Shown here piece after piece: positions 1-10,363 of a stretch of 44,988 nucleotides of DNA. Numbering within the stretch: position 1 is the first letter of the stretch; each line of letters opens with the position of its first letter. The position numbers and the translations under genes are program-made. The notes beneath the pieces are model-generated. The model made no database searches, was not told the DNA's origin, and saw only the letters and a program-made list of their open reading frames with translations. Source of the stretch: Candidatus Bathyarchaeia archaeon (lineage in GTDB: Archaea > Thermoproteota > Bathyarchaeia > Bathyarchaeales > Bathycorpusculaceae); contig JBEKKX010000020.1 of NCBI GenBank assembly GCA_050010515.1, positions 1 to 44,988 on the forward strand, written 5' to 3'.

Positions 1-1
1 A

Positions 2-79
2 GGTAAATTCTACCGTTCAATTGGCCAGGTCAATGCTGAAACAATCAAACGCTACATAGAACAATCTAAGCATCCATAA
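2..79 (+). mobile_element. tnpA: 3' end of IS200/IS605-family Y1 (HUH) transposase, partial at window edge
   Basis: Frame 2 reads GKFYRSIGQVNAETIKRYIEQSKHP*, matching the TnpA C-terminal pattern GxF..S(I/V)G....E.I..YI..Q with the catalytic Tyr; not in the ORF track. Confidence 0.85.
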
Positions 80-85
80 TTTTTC

Positions 86-121
86 TGAAGATACCGCAAC
101 CGTAAGGTTGCGGTCATTCAT
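86..121 (+). mobile_element. IS200-type right-end hairpin
   Basis: Perfect stem ACCGCAACC-gtaa-GGTTGCGGT (93-114) just after the tnpA stop, followed by CATTCAT. Confidence 0.7.
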
Positions 122-294
122 TGAATTATGCCTCTTCGGTAACATTCATCTAAGTATTCCCGCAGGGCTTGTTTGACGACTTCCGATGAGCTTCTGAAGC
201 CTCGGACGCCTACCAACTTTCTTACTTCGTCCATGAGCTCTTTTGGAAGTCGAATCGTCGTATATTCGTCTTTGCTTTTTTCCTCTATCGCCAT
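118..294 (-). CDS. Ribbon-helix-helix (CopG/NikR-like) DNA-binding protein
   Basis: TIRLPKELMDEVRKLV...FRSSSEVVKQALREYL; likely start ATG at 294. Confidence 0.85.
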   Translation of the reverse strand: MAIEEKSKDEYTTIRLPKELMDEVRKLVGVRGFRSSSEVVKQALREYLDECYRRGIIQ

Positions 295-492
295 ATTTCC
301 GCATCCTCCTTGCCACTTATGAGTCATATATGTTTACAATGTAATAAGCACTGCTGCGGATTATTAAGAAAGCAGACGAAAGGAAAAATCAAAATAGCAA
401 GTCCGAAAGCAGTTGCAAATCCCAACGCAATGGTGCGGGTGAACTTTTTTTCATCAAAAGCTTTGATGTTTATCGTCTATTGATTGTATGTG

Positions 493-780
493 TTATGCTG
501 GTTCAAGGGTAACTTCCATAACGCACCCTTCAAGGCTTGGCTGATCCCGCTTCAACAAGGCCATTGTCAAATCTGGAATACGTATCCGCCCATTTTTTTG
601 CATCTTGACCAAAAAACTCTCTCTAACGCCCAAGAAACCGACGATAGTCACGGTGACTTTTAAGACCTCGGACGACTCCAGCTTATACTCCCATCGTACC
701 AGCTTAGGAACCTGCAGGCGATTCTGCTTCTGCAACACCGTTTTGAAACTAACCCTTTGACTTAACGGCAACCTAAACAT
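493..780 (-). CDS. Tandem AbrB/MazE-like swapped-hairpin DNA-binding protein
   Basis: Two AbrB-like repeats (LQKQNRLQVPKLVR, MQKNGRIRIPDL); AGGAGG upstream of ATG 780; the longer ORF runs through a repeat array. Confidence 0.7.
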   Translation of the reverse strand: MFRLPLSQRVSFKTVLQKQNRLQVPKLVRWEYKLESSEVLKVTVTIVGFLGVRESFLVKMQKNGRIRIPDLTMALLKRDQPSLEGCVMEVTLEPA

Positions 781-810
781 TGCCTCCTTTTTAGTATACT
801 GAGGGAGACG

Positions 811-952
811 CGAAAATACTTCCTTGTTCTTCCTTGTACTTCCTCGTACTTCCTTGTCCTTTTGTGTACTTTCTTGTACGCAGCCAGCAAACAATTTAAG
901 CTTTGCTTCAAAAAAGCAACCCAAAACAATCTGAACAAAAAATTACAAAAAA
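811..952 (-). repeat. Leader + 10-bp tandem array element, copy 1 (unit ~AGTACAAGGA x7)
   Basis: Reverse complement aligns along its length with 42116-42254. Confidence 0.9.
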
Positions 953-1097
953 TGCATCTCTCTCGCGCGCTACTGAGCTAGGAATAGTGCTTTGTGTATC
1001 TGGGTTGGTGTTGTGTTGTTCAGTATTTGTGTTGTTCACATACACAATAACATTTATTAAGACTTAATATACAATTTTTTTATTTGTGGAAATAAAT

Positions 1098-1559
1098 ATG
1101 GCAAAACGAAAACTCTCAATAACAACCGCAGTAGTAACATTAGTCATAATTGGAATAGCTTTAGCACTTACCACGTTTGCAGCCATCACCACATCTACAA
1201 CTGTGCCTGCCACCGGTACAGTGACCACATCAGCAGGCTTAGCCGTGTATTCTAACAGCGCATGCACCACTTCCCTGAGTTCCATAAACTGGGGAACCTT
1301 AACCGCGGGAGGAACCACCACTCAAACAATCTACGTCAAAAACACCAGCACTGGCCTTTCACTGTCGCTGAACATGACGACGAGTGGCTGGAGTCCAGCG
1401 AGCGCGAATGGGCCAATAACCGTAACGTGGAACCCACAAAGCACAGACCTCCAGCCCGGAGCATCAACAGCCGCAACCCTAACCCTAACCGTATCCTCAA
1501 GCATATCTGACATCACAAGCTTCAGCGTCAATATAAACATCGGCGGCACAAACCCCTGA
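1098..1559 (+). CDS. Secreted Thr/Ser-rich, beta-rich surface or fibre protein
   Basis: Basic N-terminus, hydrophobic stretch ending TTFA, Thr-rich mature domain. Confidence 0.75.
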   Translation: MAKRKLSITTAVVTLVIIGIALALTTFAAITTSTTVPATGTVTTSAGLAVYSNSACTTSLSSINWGTLTAGGTTTQTIYVKNTSTGLSLSLNMTTSGWSPASANGPITVTWNPQSTDLQPGASTAATLTLTVSSSISDITSFSVNINIGGTNP

Positions 1560-1622
1560 CTGTATCCTCAAGCATATCTGACGTCACAAGCTTCAGCGTT
1601 CAAATATGCATCACCGGCACAA
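1491..1622 (+). repeat. Diverged tandem duplicate (~60 bp, offset 71) of the surface-protein 3' end
   Basis: GTATCCTCAAGCATATCTGAC(A/G)TCACAAGCTTCAGCGT at 1491 and 1562. Confidence 0.9.
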
Positions 1623-1733
1623 TTAGGTTAAAACAAACTCTCTCCATCCATTTTTTCCCCCAAAACTTGCCCATCAGTTTGAACTGATGCTTATTTAGCA
1701 TATACAGTGGCAATTGGTTTTTCGGATAGGTGT

Positions 1734-2072
1734 TTATGCTACTTTGACGATTGCGGTTATGTTGTTTGTGACTACTGCTGCGAGTGTGAAGAGTGATATG
1801 ACGTATCCTGAGTTTAGGAGGTTTTTTGCGAAAGGTGAAACCTGGTTAGAGCTTTTTGTTTTGGTTTCGGCTTTGTAGAAAATGAGTCCTGCAAGTATGA
1901 CTGCTGAGAGTTTTACGGCGCTGAAGATAAGCATGTTTGATTGTGTTAATCCGCCGAGCAGGGGGTTGGTTTCTGTTGCTCCAAAGAAGACTATTCCTAT
2001 GATGGTTGTTAGCCAGTCTATAGTGCCTATAAGAATGAGCGTTGTACAAAACAAAACTTCTTTCTTAACCAC
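1734..2072 (-). CDS. DUF5658-like small membrane protein
   Basis: DWLTT....G..E.NP motif and three hydrophobic segments. Confidence 0.75.
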   Translation of the reverse strand: MVKKEVLFCTTLILIGTIDWLTTIIGIVFFGATETNPLLGGLTQSNMLIFSAVKLSAVILAGLIFYKAETKTKSSNQVSPFAKNLLNSGYVISLFTLAAVVTNNITAIVKVA

Positions 2073-2708
2073 GATTCATCCTCTGCCCTTTTCAAATTTC
2101 CCTTACAATGTATTGGTGAAAGGTTCAGTTAACCATTCTGAATGTTGATTGGTAACAACTGATATGCAGCTATACTTGAGTTTTCACATAATCGGTTCAA
2201 AAATCTGTTTTCAGTTCATAAGATTTTGCGTCCTCTGTGTCAAAGTTTGCGGTATTTGTGTTGTACGCGAAGAACAACAGTAAACAAACACAGTAAACAA
2301 CCTAATCGATTTTTTTGGTTGCTGTTTTTCCAGTTCGTTAAGTTACCTTTCGAGTTGACTGATGCCTCGGTTTTTTGTCGTATTAGCTAGTGGATGGTTT
2401 CTAAGAGTATTCTTTTTAGAATGGTTGCGCCATGTTTCATTTTTAGTTTTTTTCACATATTCTTTCTCAATATCTTATGGGTACTTCAACTGTTTTGAAG
2501 CCATTGCGTTCTATGAGGTGATTTGGTTCTACTTCGACGTCGAAACCCTTTGACTTTACTTTCCAGTTCCTTAGGATGTCTGCGCAGATAACCCTTAACC
2601 CAGTTAGGTGGGTCGTTTAAAGTTGAATTTGAAGCTGATTGTGGATTCATATTTTGTTGTAATAAATTAATTAAATTACTTTGTTTGTATTGTTTTTGAG
2701 GAGAACTT

Positions 2709-2930
2709 ATGAAAGAATGTTTAGACCCGAAAAGTAGAAAAGAACTTGAAAATAAAATCTTAGCTCTTCTTGGTGAAACAATGCAGCCATTGTCCAAAGA
2801 ATTTCAGATGCTGCTGGCAGACGATTTGGTTACGGCTTTCGAGAGCAGGTTTAAAGTTCTAAACCGTACGCAAACTCCAATTGATTGCTATGTTGAAATT
2901 GCCTCGGAAATTGAGCATCAACTAGTCTGA
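2709..2930 (+). CDS. Hypothetical small helical protein
   Basis: GAGGAG upstream; plausible composition (LLADDLVTAFESR). Confidence 0.65.
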   Translation: MKECLDPKSRKELENKILALLGETMQPLSKEFQMLLADDLVTAFESRFKVLNRTQTPIDCYVEIASEIEHQLV

Positions 2931-3038
2931 GCGTAAAATGTGCTTACAGCATCAACCCACGGGACACTATTCCTTCAGCCTAAAGAGAATTTAACAACAT
3001 TTAAAATTTCAAGTAAAACAACTTTAACAGCTAAACGG

Positions 3039-3505
3039 TCATGTTGCGTGAAGCCAACCGCGCCCGCCTTTCTTAGGCTGTTGAACTTCCCGCTTCTTAG
3101 GAACATACGCCAAAGTACGCTTGTTTCTCTGAGGCTCGCGACTGGTGATTTTGGTTTTTACGAATTTCTGGTGATTTTGGTTTTTACGAATTTATTCCAG
3201 CCTCCGACATGAACATCTGGTTGAACGACACGATCAAGATTTTCAACGATATGTTTCTCAAGAATCTCCTTAAAACTTGGTGCCTTAAAATCCCTAGTTG
3301 CGTGAATAATGGTGCCCTGTTCCACACTCAAAGACGCATAATCGCTCACCGAAACTCCCTCAGCTCTCACCTTATCGTTGAAGCGTTCACTCCACAAAAG
3401 CTTCCATTGAACCTTAAGCTTCTCAACTAATTCCTTCTGAGCTTTAACTCTGTCTTCAAGAGAACCATCAGCAAAAGCCTGAGGCGAATCGTTAGTAACC
3501 CGCAA
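3039..3505 (-). pseudogene. Hypothetical protein truncated by a 26-bp tandem duplication
   Basis: CTGGTGATTTTGGTTTTTACGAATTT is perfectly duplicated (3142-3167, 3168-3193); removing one copy restores a 146-aa ORF ending KKGGRGWLHAT*. Confidence 0.8.
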
Positions 3506-3623
3506 TTTGCTCCCTTTTCATCTTTGCTCACACCTTCCGCCTCGAACTATTTAACAATTATTCCAGAGCCAACAGCACAAAATTTTAAGCGATTTTGATA
3601 AGCTTCTTATTTATCGTGCACGT

Positions 3624-6600
3624 CTAAATCTCGTTACTGCTGGGTTTAGCGTAAACTTCAACCTCAACCTTTTGAGCGGTTTTCCCTAAAAAGTCAGACA
3701 GTGAACCTTTCCATTTTGGGTTAGAGTTTGCGGTGAAGCCTACGGTTTGGGCTATGCCTCTCCAGAGGAGGGCTTTATCGTAGTCTTTGGCGTCTTGAGG
3801 CATAAATTCAAAAATTGATCGGCTTGCAACGATCACAAGTTTCTTTTTCATTCGGGAAATGGCGACGTTTATGCGGTTTAAGTTTAGCAAGAAGTCACTT
3901 TCTGTGCGTACGTAGTCGGGGTCGCTTACAGTTGAGGATATGATTATGAAGTCGCTTTCTCCGCCTTGATACCGCTCGACCGTATCAACCCGTACATTTT
4001 CGTAGCCGTCAAGTAGCAAATTCTTGACCACTCCTCGTTGAGCATTGTGCGGAGTAACTACTCCCACGCCTTCCGACTTTACACCACTACGGACTAGTGC
4101 GTCGACAATCTTTGCCTCGACTAAATTTGACTGAAAACTCTCCGTCTCGTCATGGACAACTAGGACAAAAATATTCTCTGGCTCCAAAACAACTTTCAAC
4201 CCCTCTGTTAAAGGAGCCACAGACGATAGAGTTTGCGTTTGGTCAGAACGAAAATCAATCCCGTCTTTGTGGTATACCCATTCTCTTAGAAACTGTGCAA
4301 CTACTTGGTGACATCGGTGGGTTTCGCTTAACCGTTCGGTAGGAATATCAGCCTTATGCAGAGATTTAACATGGTCAATCCCTAGGTCTTCTTGACGTAG
4401 TAAACGAAGGAAATCCATAGCCGATAAGAATGAAGCCATCTCCTCAATGGTTCGCCGATCTTCTTTTTCCCAATTATGCGATTGAATTGGCGGCAACTGC
4501 CGGTGGTCTCCTGCCACCAGAATCTGAGCATTCTTGTTGACAAATGCGCCTGAAAGAATCAACTCGGGAAGCCGCATCATACTTGCTTCATCAACCACTA
4601 GTAAGTCAAAGAAGCCTTCGTCCCAAGATGGCTCCTTGCCTCCAATTTTTTTCATGAGACCATACAAGCCAGGCGGCGTTACACATAAAACCAGAGGAAA
4701 AGCACTAGTTGAATCAGAAACTAGCTTATCTTGATTTGATAAAGCATCTTTTAATTCTGTAACTACCTCTTCATTTTCGTTGTAATTAACGTATCTCACT
4801 CCGTCAATGGCTTTAACTGAAGAAACAACATTATTTAGAACCCGATAAATTCTAAGATCTGCTAAGTCACTGCCGCCTTCTTTGCTGTAAGTTCGCCAAG
4901 ACTTAGCTAGTTTGTTAACAAATTCATGAATCGCCTTATGGGTAGGCGCCACCATCAACACATGGCACCTGCCGACTGCATTATGTGAGGCAACATGCGC
5001 AAGCACTGCTAACTGTAAAGTTTCAGTTTTACCTGTGCCCGGTGGGCCTTGAAGCATAACAACTTGTTCCTTGCCAAAAACGTGGTCAATGAAACGGTTC
5101 TGTTCTGGTTTAGGTGGAAAGATTGTGTGTTCAACCCAACCTAAGAAAGCCTTCGCATGTTGCTTAGCTAACCCACTGCGTTCTGAAGGTTTGTTTGTAC
5201 CCGCCAAAAACCCTTCCAGCAAGCAATATAACTCGTTGTTGGCTGCGTAGTCAAGGCATTTAGCTGCCCGCTCCGAAATAATATCATCTGCTAATTCATC
5301 TAAAATATACTTGCGTCCCACTTCAAAGAGCTGCATGTGTTTACTATTTCTAGCTTTGTCTTTGTCAGTAGTTGGAAGATCATGCCAAGTACTATAACGC
5401 CTACTTTTGCCGCTGGGCCAACTGACCACTTTAATAGTTAGCTCCATTTTTCTTAAATCAACTTTTTCAACGATAACGCGAGCTGATTTTTCTACTTGTG
5501 AAGGTGACCTTTGCTTAGTTTCCTCGAACTGTCCCTGCTCATTTACTCTGATTTCAGTTGCAACCATCCAATCGCCAGAGCCTGAATCGTCAGATCCCTT
5601 GACTCTGCAAGCATTAACAATACACTCTGATTTTGGTAACCCAAGATCATCATAAATCATTTTGCCTCTAACTACAAAATCCCGATCCGCCTCCTCAGCG
5701 CTTAAACATTCAAAAATTACTGATCGACCAGTGGCTACCCGCTGGGATGGAAGCAAAACGTAATGCTGATATAATTCTTGGCGCTTGGCAAAATACTCCA
5801 AATCCAAAAACTCCCTACAACTTCTCTCCAGCGTTGCATATCCCAATGTGAACTCGGGGATTTTGGGGATATCTATTGGTTTTTTGCCTAAGCGTCGATT
5901 GCGTATAGTCAGCCACCGCTCTATATGTTCAAGAGCCAAGCAAAGCCTTGCACCAAGCAGGGTTAAATCCTCGTCGCTGATTCTTCGCGTCTTATGTGGG
6001 TAATCGCACCACATACGTTTCTCTATCATAAATTTTTCAAGAAAGCCTTTTCCTTGGCTACTGTCAAGCCGACCTTTGGTAGCCCATAAATATTCAATTG
6101 GAATTTGGTTTCCAAAACGGGCGCGCGCAGGATAATAGCCTTCTTTGTGTCTTACATCTTCGCGTCCAAGTATAAATGAAATAGAACCTGTTGGAGTTCG
6201 TGTGAAAGGCAGTTCAAAGTTAAAGAAGCCATCCCGAAAAACTGAACGTAGATCTAAAAGTGATCCATCTTTGCGTTTAACGACCCATTGGTTAACATCA
6301 AAAAAGCTACATTGCTTAAGAACAGGCAAAAGCCCTGTGCTGTGATACCCCACAGCTTTTCTTGATACAATTTCGTCTTGTAAAATGGAAAACATAGGTT
6401 GATCGATTGCTTGCCTAAGACCCAAAAGGTCTCGCACTGCGCGGGCGGTCATTAAAGAAGGTTGACGCCGTACTGCATCCATAAGTAGATCCCGCTCGCG
6501 TCGGGTATAGAAGTAAAGGTGAATCGGAGCCTCATCTGGACTCCCAACCTCCAAGGCTACATCATTAATAGCCTTAGCAACGTCTGCAAAAAACGCCTCT

Positions 6601-7979
6601 AGCATGTTTTTTTCCTCATCGAAGCATTTTTCTCGTTGATCTGGAAGACTATTGATAATTTTTGATATGCTTATTGATTGTCCCCTGTACCGTGTGCAGC
6701 TTACCCTAGCGCTAATCATAGAAAGAATATCAAGCATGTAATCCCATTCAATATGGAAGTACACTCGGATCATGCCATCAGGTTTAAACGAAAGCGCCGT
6801 ATCTGCACCAAGCTGGGGGCTATCTTCAGGCAAATTTCCATAACCACTGCCTGTGAGCCATGGCATCGCTCTAACCTTATTTACGTATGGACTAGTGGGT
6901 CGTATCCCGTATAACATGAATTGAGCCCTTTGAATTATTTTATCAAGCTTGGCTCCTACTACGGGATCAGCAGACAACAACTAGACTTTTTGCGGGTCTA
7001 AGGCTGGAATCTTCTTAAAGTTGTAGGGGCGCTGATCCTCTGAATTAGGCACCGCCTTTAACTTTGCTAGGTCTTCCAGCCGTAAAATCCCATGACATTT
7101 TAGTGCCTTCTGCTCCCCTCGAGTCAAATTAAGCAGTGTAACACTCTCTTTTTCTATTGCACGAACAACACAACATTCGTTAAAGCCGCAGTTATCACAT
7201 CGCCAAGAGAGCTGATACGCCACTTCCGAGAGGGCAGTTTGGTGGATTCGGTAAAGTTCGCCGTTTCCGCTAAGAAGTCTTTGAACATCTTGGATTAGCG
7301 GCTCAAGTCTAAAGGGCGGAAGACTTTCAGCGTCAAGCTTCTCTAAATCCGATTCTTTGTTAATCACACATCCTTCAAAATCAACATTAGACGAGAAGTC
7401 ACCTAAGCCTTTGGTAAGCAACAGCACATAAATTGCAACTTGTATACGGTGAGCCGTCTGCTCCTTCCAAGAAGATTTTATTTCAAAAATGCGGACTTTA
7501 ACTTTGCCATTCTTGCTTGGCCATATACCAATTAGGTCAGCTATGCCTTTTATGTCCCACACGCCAATATGCCCCTTCATAGGGGCTTGATAAATCAAAA
7601 CAGGCTTGTACGCGGTCTCCGTTTTAGCAGAAAGTGAGCATTCAAGAAGTTCCATTATGGTTTGAAGAGTTTTTGTCCAAGCGCTCTCCCAATCGTCTGT
7701 CTTCGGGTTAAAATCGCTTAAGTCACGGTAGTCAGCAGCTTTTGCTTTTAATTCCTGCACTTTCTTCTCTTCTATCTTTTTACCTGCACCATACAGCAAG
7801 GGACTTAGCGGTTTGAAAGCCTCAGGCCATTTGTGGCTACTCTCCTCGTCACCTTCAAATCGAAGTTTAAAGTAACGGGGGCAACAATCAAAACGGATAA
7901 ACTCAGCTAGCCCCGACGCATCAAGCGAAGGCAAACCTACTATAGGCTTAGGACTTGACTTGCTTGCTTTCTCTTCCAA
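3624..7979 (-). CDS. Dna2/Cas4-like PD-(D/E)XK Fe-S nuclease fused to a Upf1/Dna2-like SF1 helicase (TM0106-like), interrupted by in-frame TAG at 6981-6983
   Basis: N-part: CPRY, DLIG..EIKSS, QVAIY, CxxCxxxxxC. C-part: GPPGTGKT, DEASM, GDHRQLPP, TVERYQGGE, RINVAISR. The two ORFs abut in the same frame. Confidence 0.9.
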
Positions 7980-8070
7980 TACCCCGAGCGCCTCCTAACT
8001 TCAATGAATAGGCAGACTTGTTGCTTAAATGTTGTACTTACGTTTAAAGGCTTATCTAAACTGCCTTTTT

Positions 8071-8213
8071 TTAAAATTTGTTTTTTGTGTTTTGGCTTGT
8101 TTTTTTTGGTTTGGGGTTTGTTTTGTTTACAGGTTGCGTGTTTTGCGTTTTTCTGCGTTTATTCGCGTGTTTCTGCGTCTTTCTGCGTTTGTTTGCGTTC
8201 ATTTGCGTTTCTA
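8071..8213 (+). repeat. Leader + 10-bp tandem array element, copy 2 (unit ~CGTTTTTCTG x8)
   Basis: T/G-rich leader ending TTGTTTACAGGTTG (8136), then CGT-initiated ~10-bp units. Confidence 0.8.
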
Positions 8214-8248
8214 AAGAAGACGACGATCCGGTACTTTACTTTATAAAA

Positions 8249-9469
8249 TCAAGTTACTGTTTGGTTCCAGTAAAAAACTTTGACGTAATTGTTCAATGTT
8301 GGCCCAATAATTTCGGGGTCATCATAAATAATGTTTAATTTGTCACCGTATATGGCTAGTAAGACTTGGGTGTCGTCCCATATTTTTTGAGTTGACGTGT
8401 AGTTGTCAGCTGGGAATAAACCCCAGATTGTATCTTTCGCGTTGCGAAAGCCAAACCCGAAATCTGCAGGTACAACATACGCTACCTCGGCGGGGCTGGA
8501 AGGAAAGCTGCCGGGATTGGTATGGATGGCAGTCCAGAATTTTTGCAAAGCTTCAAAAAGGGCCGCCGTTAAAGTGCCATAAGTGGTGATGTTAGGGTAG
8601 CTGAAAACTATGGAGTAAGTAGCTCCAGCGCTGTAAGCCAGAGACAGGTCAGCATATAATTCGTCTCCAGACTCAAGGTACGGCTGCTGGTCATACTTCC
8701 AGGTAACTATAACTCCCCAATCCTCGTTGAAAGATTGTGCGGCGCCTCTGGCCAGTGCGATAATGCCCTGTCTGCTTTGGTTTCCAACGAACTCGGCGAA
8801 AACAGTACTGTATGAAGCGTCGTAATCGAACCAGTAAAGTCCATAGTCAGAAGTGAATATTTTAGCTCTACCTAAGCTAGTATTATTACCGAAGGTAGCA
8901 TAATAGTTCACTAAACTTGACAGGTTCCCAACATAATCCTTAGCTACCTCAGCGTAACTGAGAGTATTGTTTTTGATAAGCATAAACGTTCCATCATCTA
9001 ACTGGTTTCCGCCAGGTTCATCAAACCTATAGAAGCCCAATAACCGGTCGCCATATTTCTGCGTTGCATTATACATCCAATCAAAAATAGTATTATCGGG
9101 TGGATAACCGTTAGAACTATTGTACATGGGATAGCTAGTGATCAAAACGATGAAATTTAATCCTGAGTTAAAAAGATAATCGCAGGATTCATCCAAGGCT
9201 GTTCTGTTAAATGTTAAACCAACTGAGCCTATGACAAAGAGATTTGTGTAATTTTTAACTTGATCTACTAAGGCTTTAAGTTGACTGAATTGATTGCCGT
9301 AAGCAAATTCAACGCCAACATAAAATGGCCTAGTTGAAGTATGCTTGCTAAACATGTTAGCCGTGAAAAAAAGCGATAGAGAAATCAACACGATAAGCAA
9401 CACTGCAGCCAATATAACGTATTTGCGGTTCAAAGGTGCCAACCAACCGCTACAAGAATCACTAAACAA
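8249..9469 (-). CDS. Membrane-anchored extracellular protein, possibly glycoside-hydrolase-like
   Basis: N-terminal TM segment, many NxS/T sequons, YRFDEPGG motif; function is inferred. Confidence 0.75.
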   Translation of the reverse strand: MFSDSCSGWLAPLNRKYVILAAVLLIVLISLSLFFTANMFSKHTSTRPFYVGVEFAYGNQFSQLKALVDQVKNYTNLFVIGSVGLTFNRTALDESCDYLFNSGLNFIVLITSYPMYNSSNGYPPDNTIFDWMYNATQKYGDRLLGFYRFDEPGGNQLDDGTFMLIKNNTLSYAEVAKDYVGNLSSLVNYYATFGNNTSLGRAKIFTSDYGLYWFDYDASYSTVFAEFVGNQSRQGIIALARGAAQSFNEDWGVIVTWKYDQQPYLESGDELYADLSLAYSAGATYSIVFSYPNITTYGTLTAALFEALQKFWTAIHTNPGSFPSSPAEVAYVVPADFGFGFRNAKDTIWGLFPADNYTSTQKIWDDTQVLLAIYGDKLNIIYDDPEIIGPTLNNYVKVFYWNQTVT

Positions 9470-9564
9470 CTTAACATTTGAATAGGTATCGCTAATAAAA
9501 CAAAAAGAGAAACTTCAAGCCTGAACTTACACTTCAACGTACATCGAAACTTTTCCCGGCAAGT

Positions 9565-10005
9565 TTACCTGCTGTAGAGCCCCATTAATTCGCCCTTAGC
9601 TAGAATGTGGCCTTGCATGGCTTTTTCGACATCTTTCTTTTTTGAGCCGACCCTTAAACTAAGCTCCGTATCCAAAGCGTAAACCTTAAAGAAATATCTA
9701 TGCGTGCCTGAAGGTGGACAAGGACCAAAATACCCCATTTGTCTTGCGCCGTTCATCCCTTCTGTTCCTGGCACAGTGTTTTCACCTATCTTACTATCTG
9801 AGGAGGGAATGTTCCAGACAATCCAGTGATCAAACGTGCCGCTTGGCGCATCAGGGTCATCTACTATTAAAACAAGCGTTTTCGCTTCTTTAGGTGTACC
9901 TTCGATTGTTAGTGGCGGATTGATATCTTGTCCGTCGCAAGTGTATTTTTTAGGAATAAGCTTGCCCGATTCAAACGCTGGGCTCTTTACAGATAAATCT
10001 TTCAT
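9565..10005 (-). CDS. YbhB/YbcL family PEBP (Raf kinase inhibitor-like) protein
   Basis: DDPDAP, HW, GPCPP, HRYFFKVYALD motifs. Confidence 0.95.
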   Translation of the reverse strand: MKDLSVKSPAFESGKLIPKKYTCDGQDINPPLTIEGTPKEAKTLVLIVDDPDAPSGTFDHWIVWNIPSSDSKIGENTVPGTEGMNGARQMGYFGPCPPSGTHRYFFKVYALDTELSLRVGSKKKDVEKAMQGHILAKGELMGLYSR

Positions 10006-10069
10006 AACATGTCACCAAAAAAACAAATGCTGTCTCTGTTAGATAAAAGTTACCGCCTCACAGAAAATT

Positions 10070-10258
10070 CTAGGGTTTTTGCTCTTTCCACTTCTCCACA
10101 ATCAACTTGCCATCATTAAGGCTAAAACTAACTTTAACAGGCATTGAACTATTACACTTTAATGGAAACATGCTGTCATCTACCACGCGAACAGGCAGAT
10201 AAAGCAGGTATCTATCGTCTTTTCGCCTAAATATCGTTCCCTTCCCCTCATTACCCAC
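10070..10258 (-). CDS. Small AbrB-like hypothetical protein
   Basis: YLLYLPVRVVDDSMFP...VKVSF...KLIVEK; likely GTG start at 10258. Confidence 0.65.
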   Translation of the reverse strand: MGNEGKGTIFRRKDDRYLLYLPVRVVDDSMFPLKCNSSMPVKVSFSLNDGKLIVEKWKEQKP

Positions 10259-10363
10259 AGCATCACACAGCCAAGTTAACGTTGTCTCGCTATATGCTTT
10301 TAAATTTGACTGTTCACCTACAGTGAAAATAGGCAAAGGCTAAGTTGCTTAAGCCCATTTCTT

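Noticed and set aside
75-130. attC-like CATAAT…ATTATG palindrome
   Set aside because: Better explained by the IS200 end hairpin plus flanking coding sequence
431-439. TGGTGCGGG as a tRNA 3'-end (CCCGCACCA) att remnant
   Set aside because: Only 9 bp with no matching T-arm in the right orientation; could be chance
811-880. 10-bp arrays as CRISPR
   Set aside because: Units are contiguous, with no unique spacers and no 23-47-bp repeats
1491-1622. DGR template/variable repeat pair
   Set aside because: Mismatches involve C, G and T as well as A; no reverse transcriptase in the window
6981-7979. Stand-alone Cas4 of a CRISPR system
   Set aside because: In frame with the helicase; no other cas genes or array in the window
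8004-8338. Three Phe/Cys-rich ORFs
   Set aside because: Translations of the low-complexity repeat element
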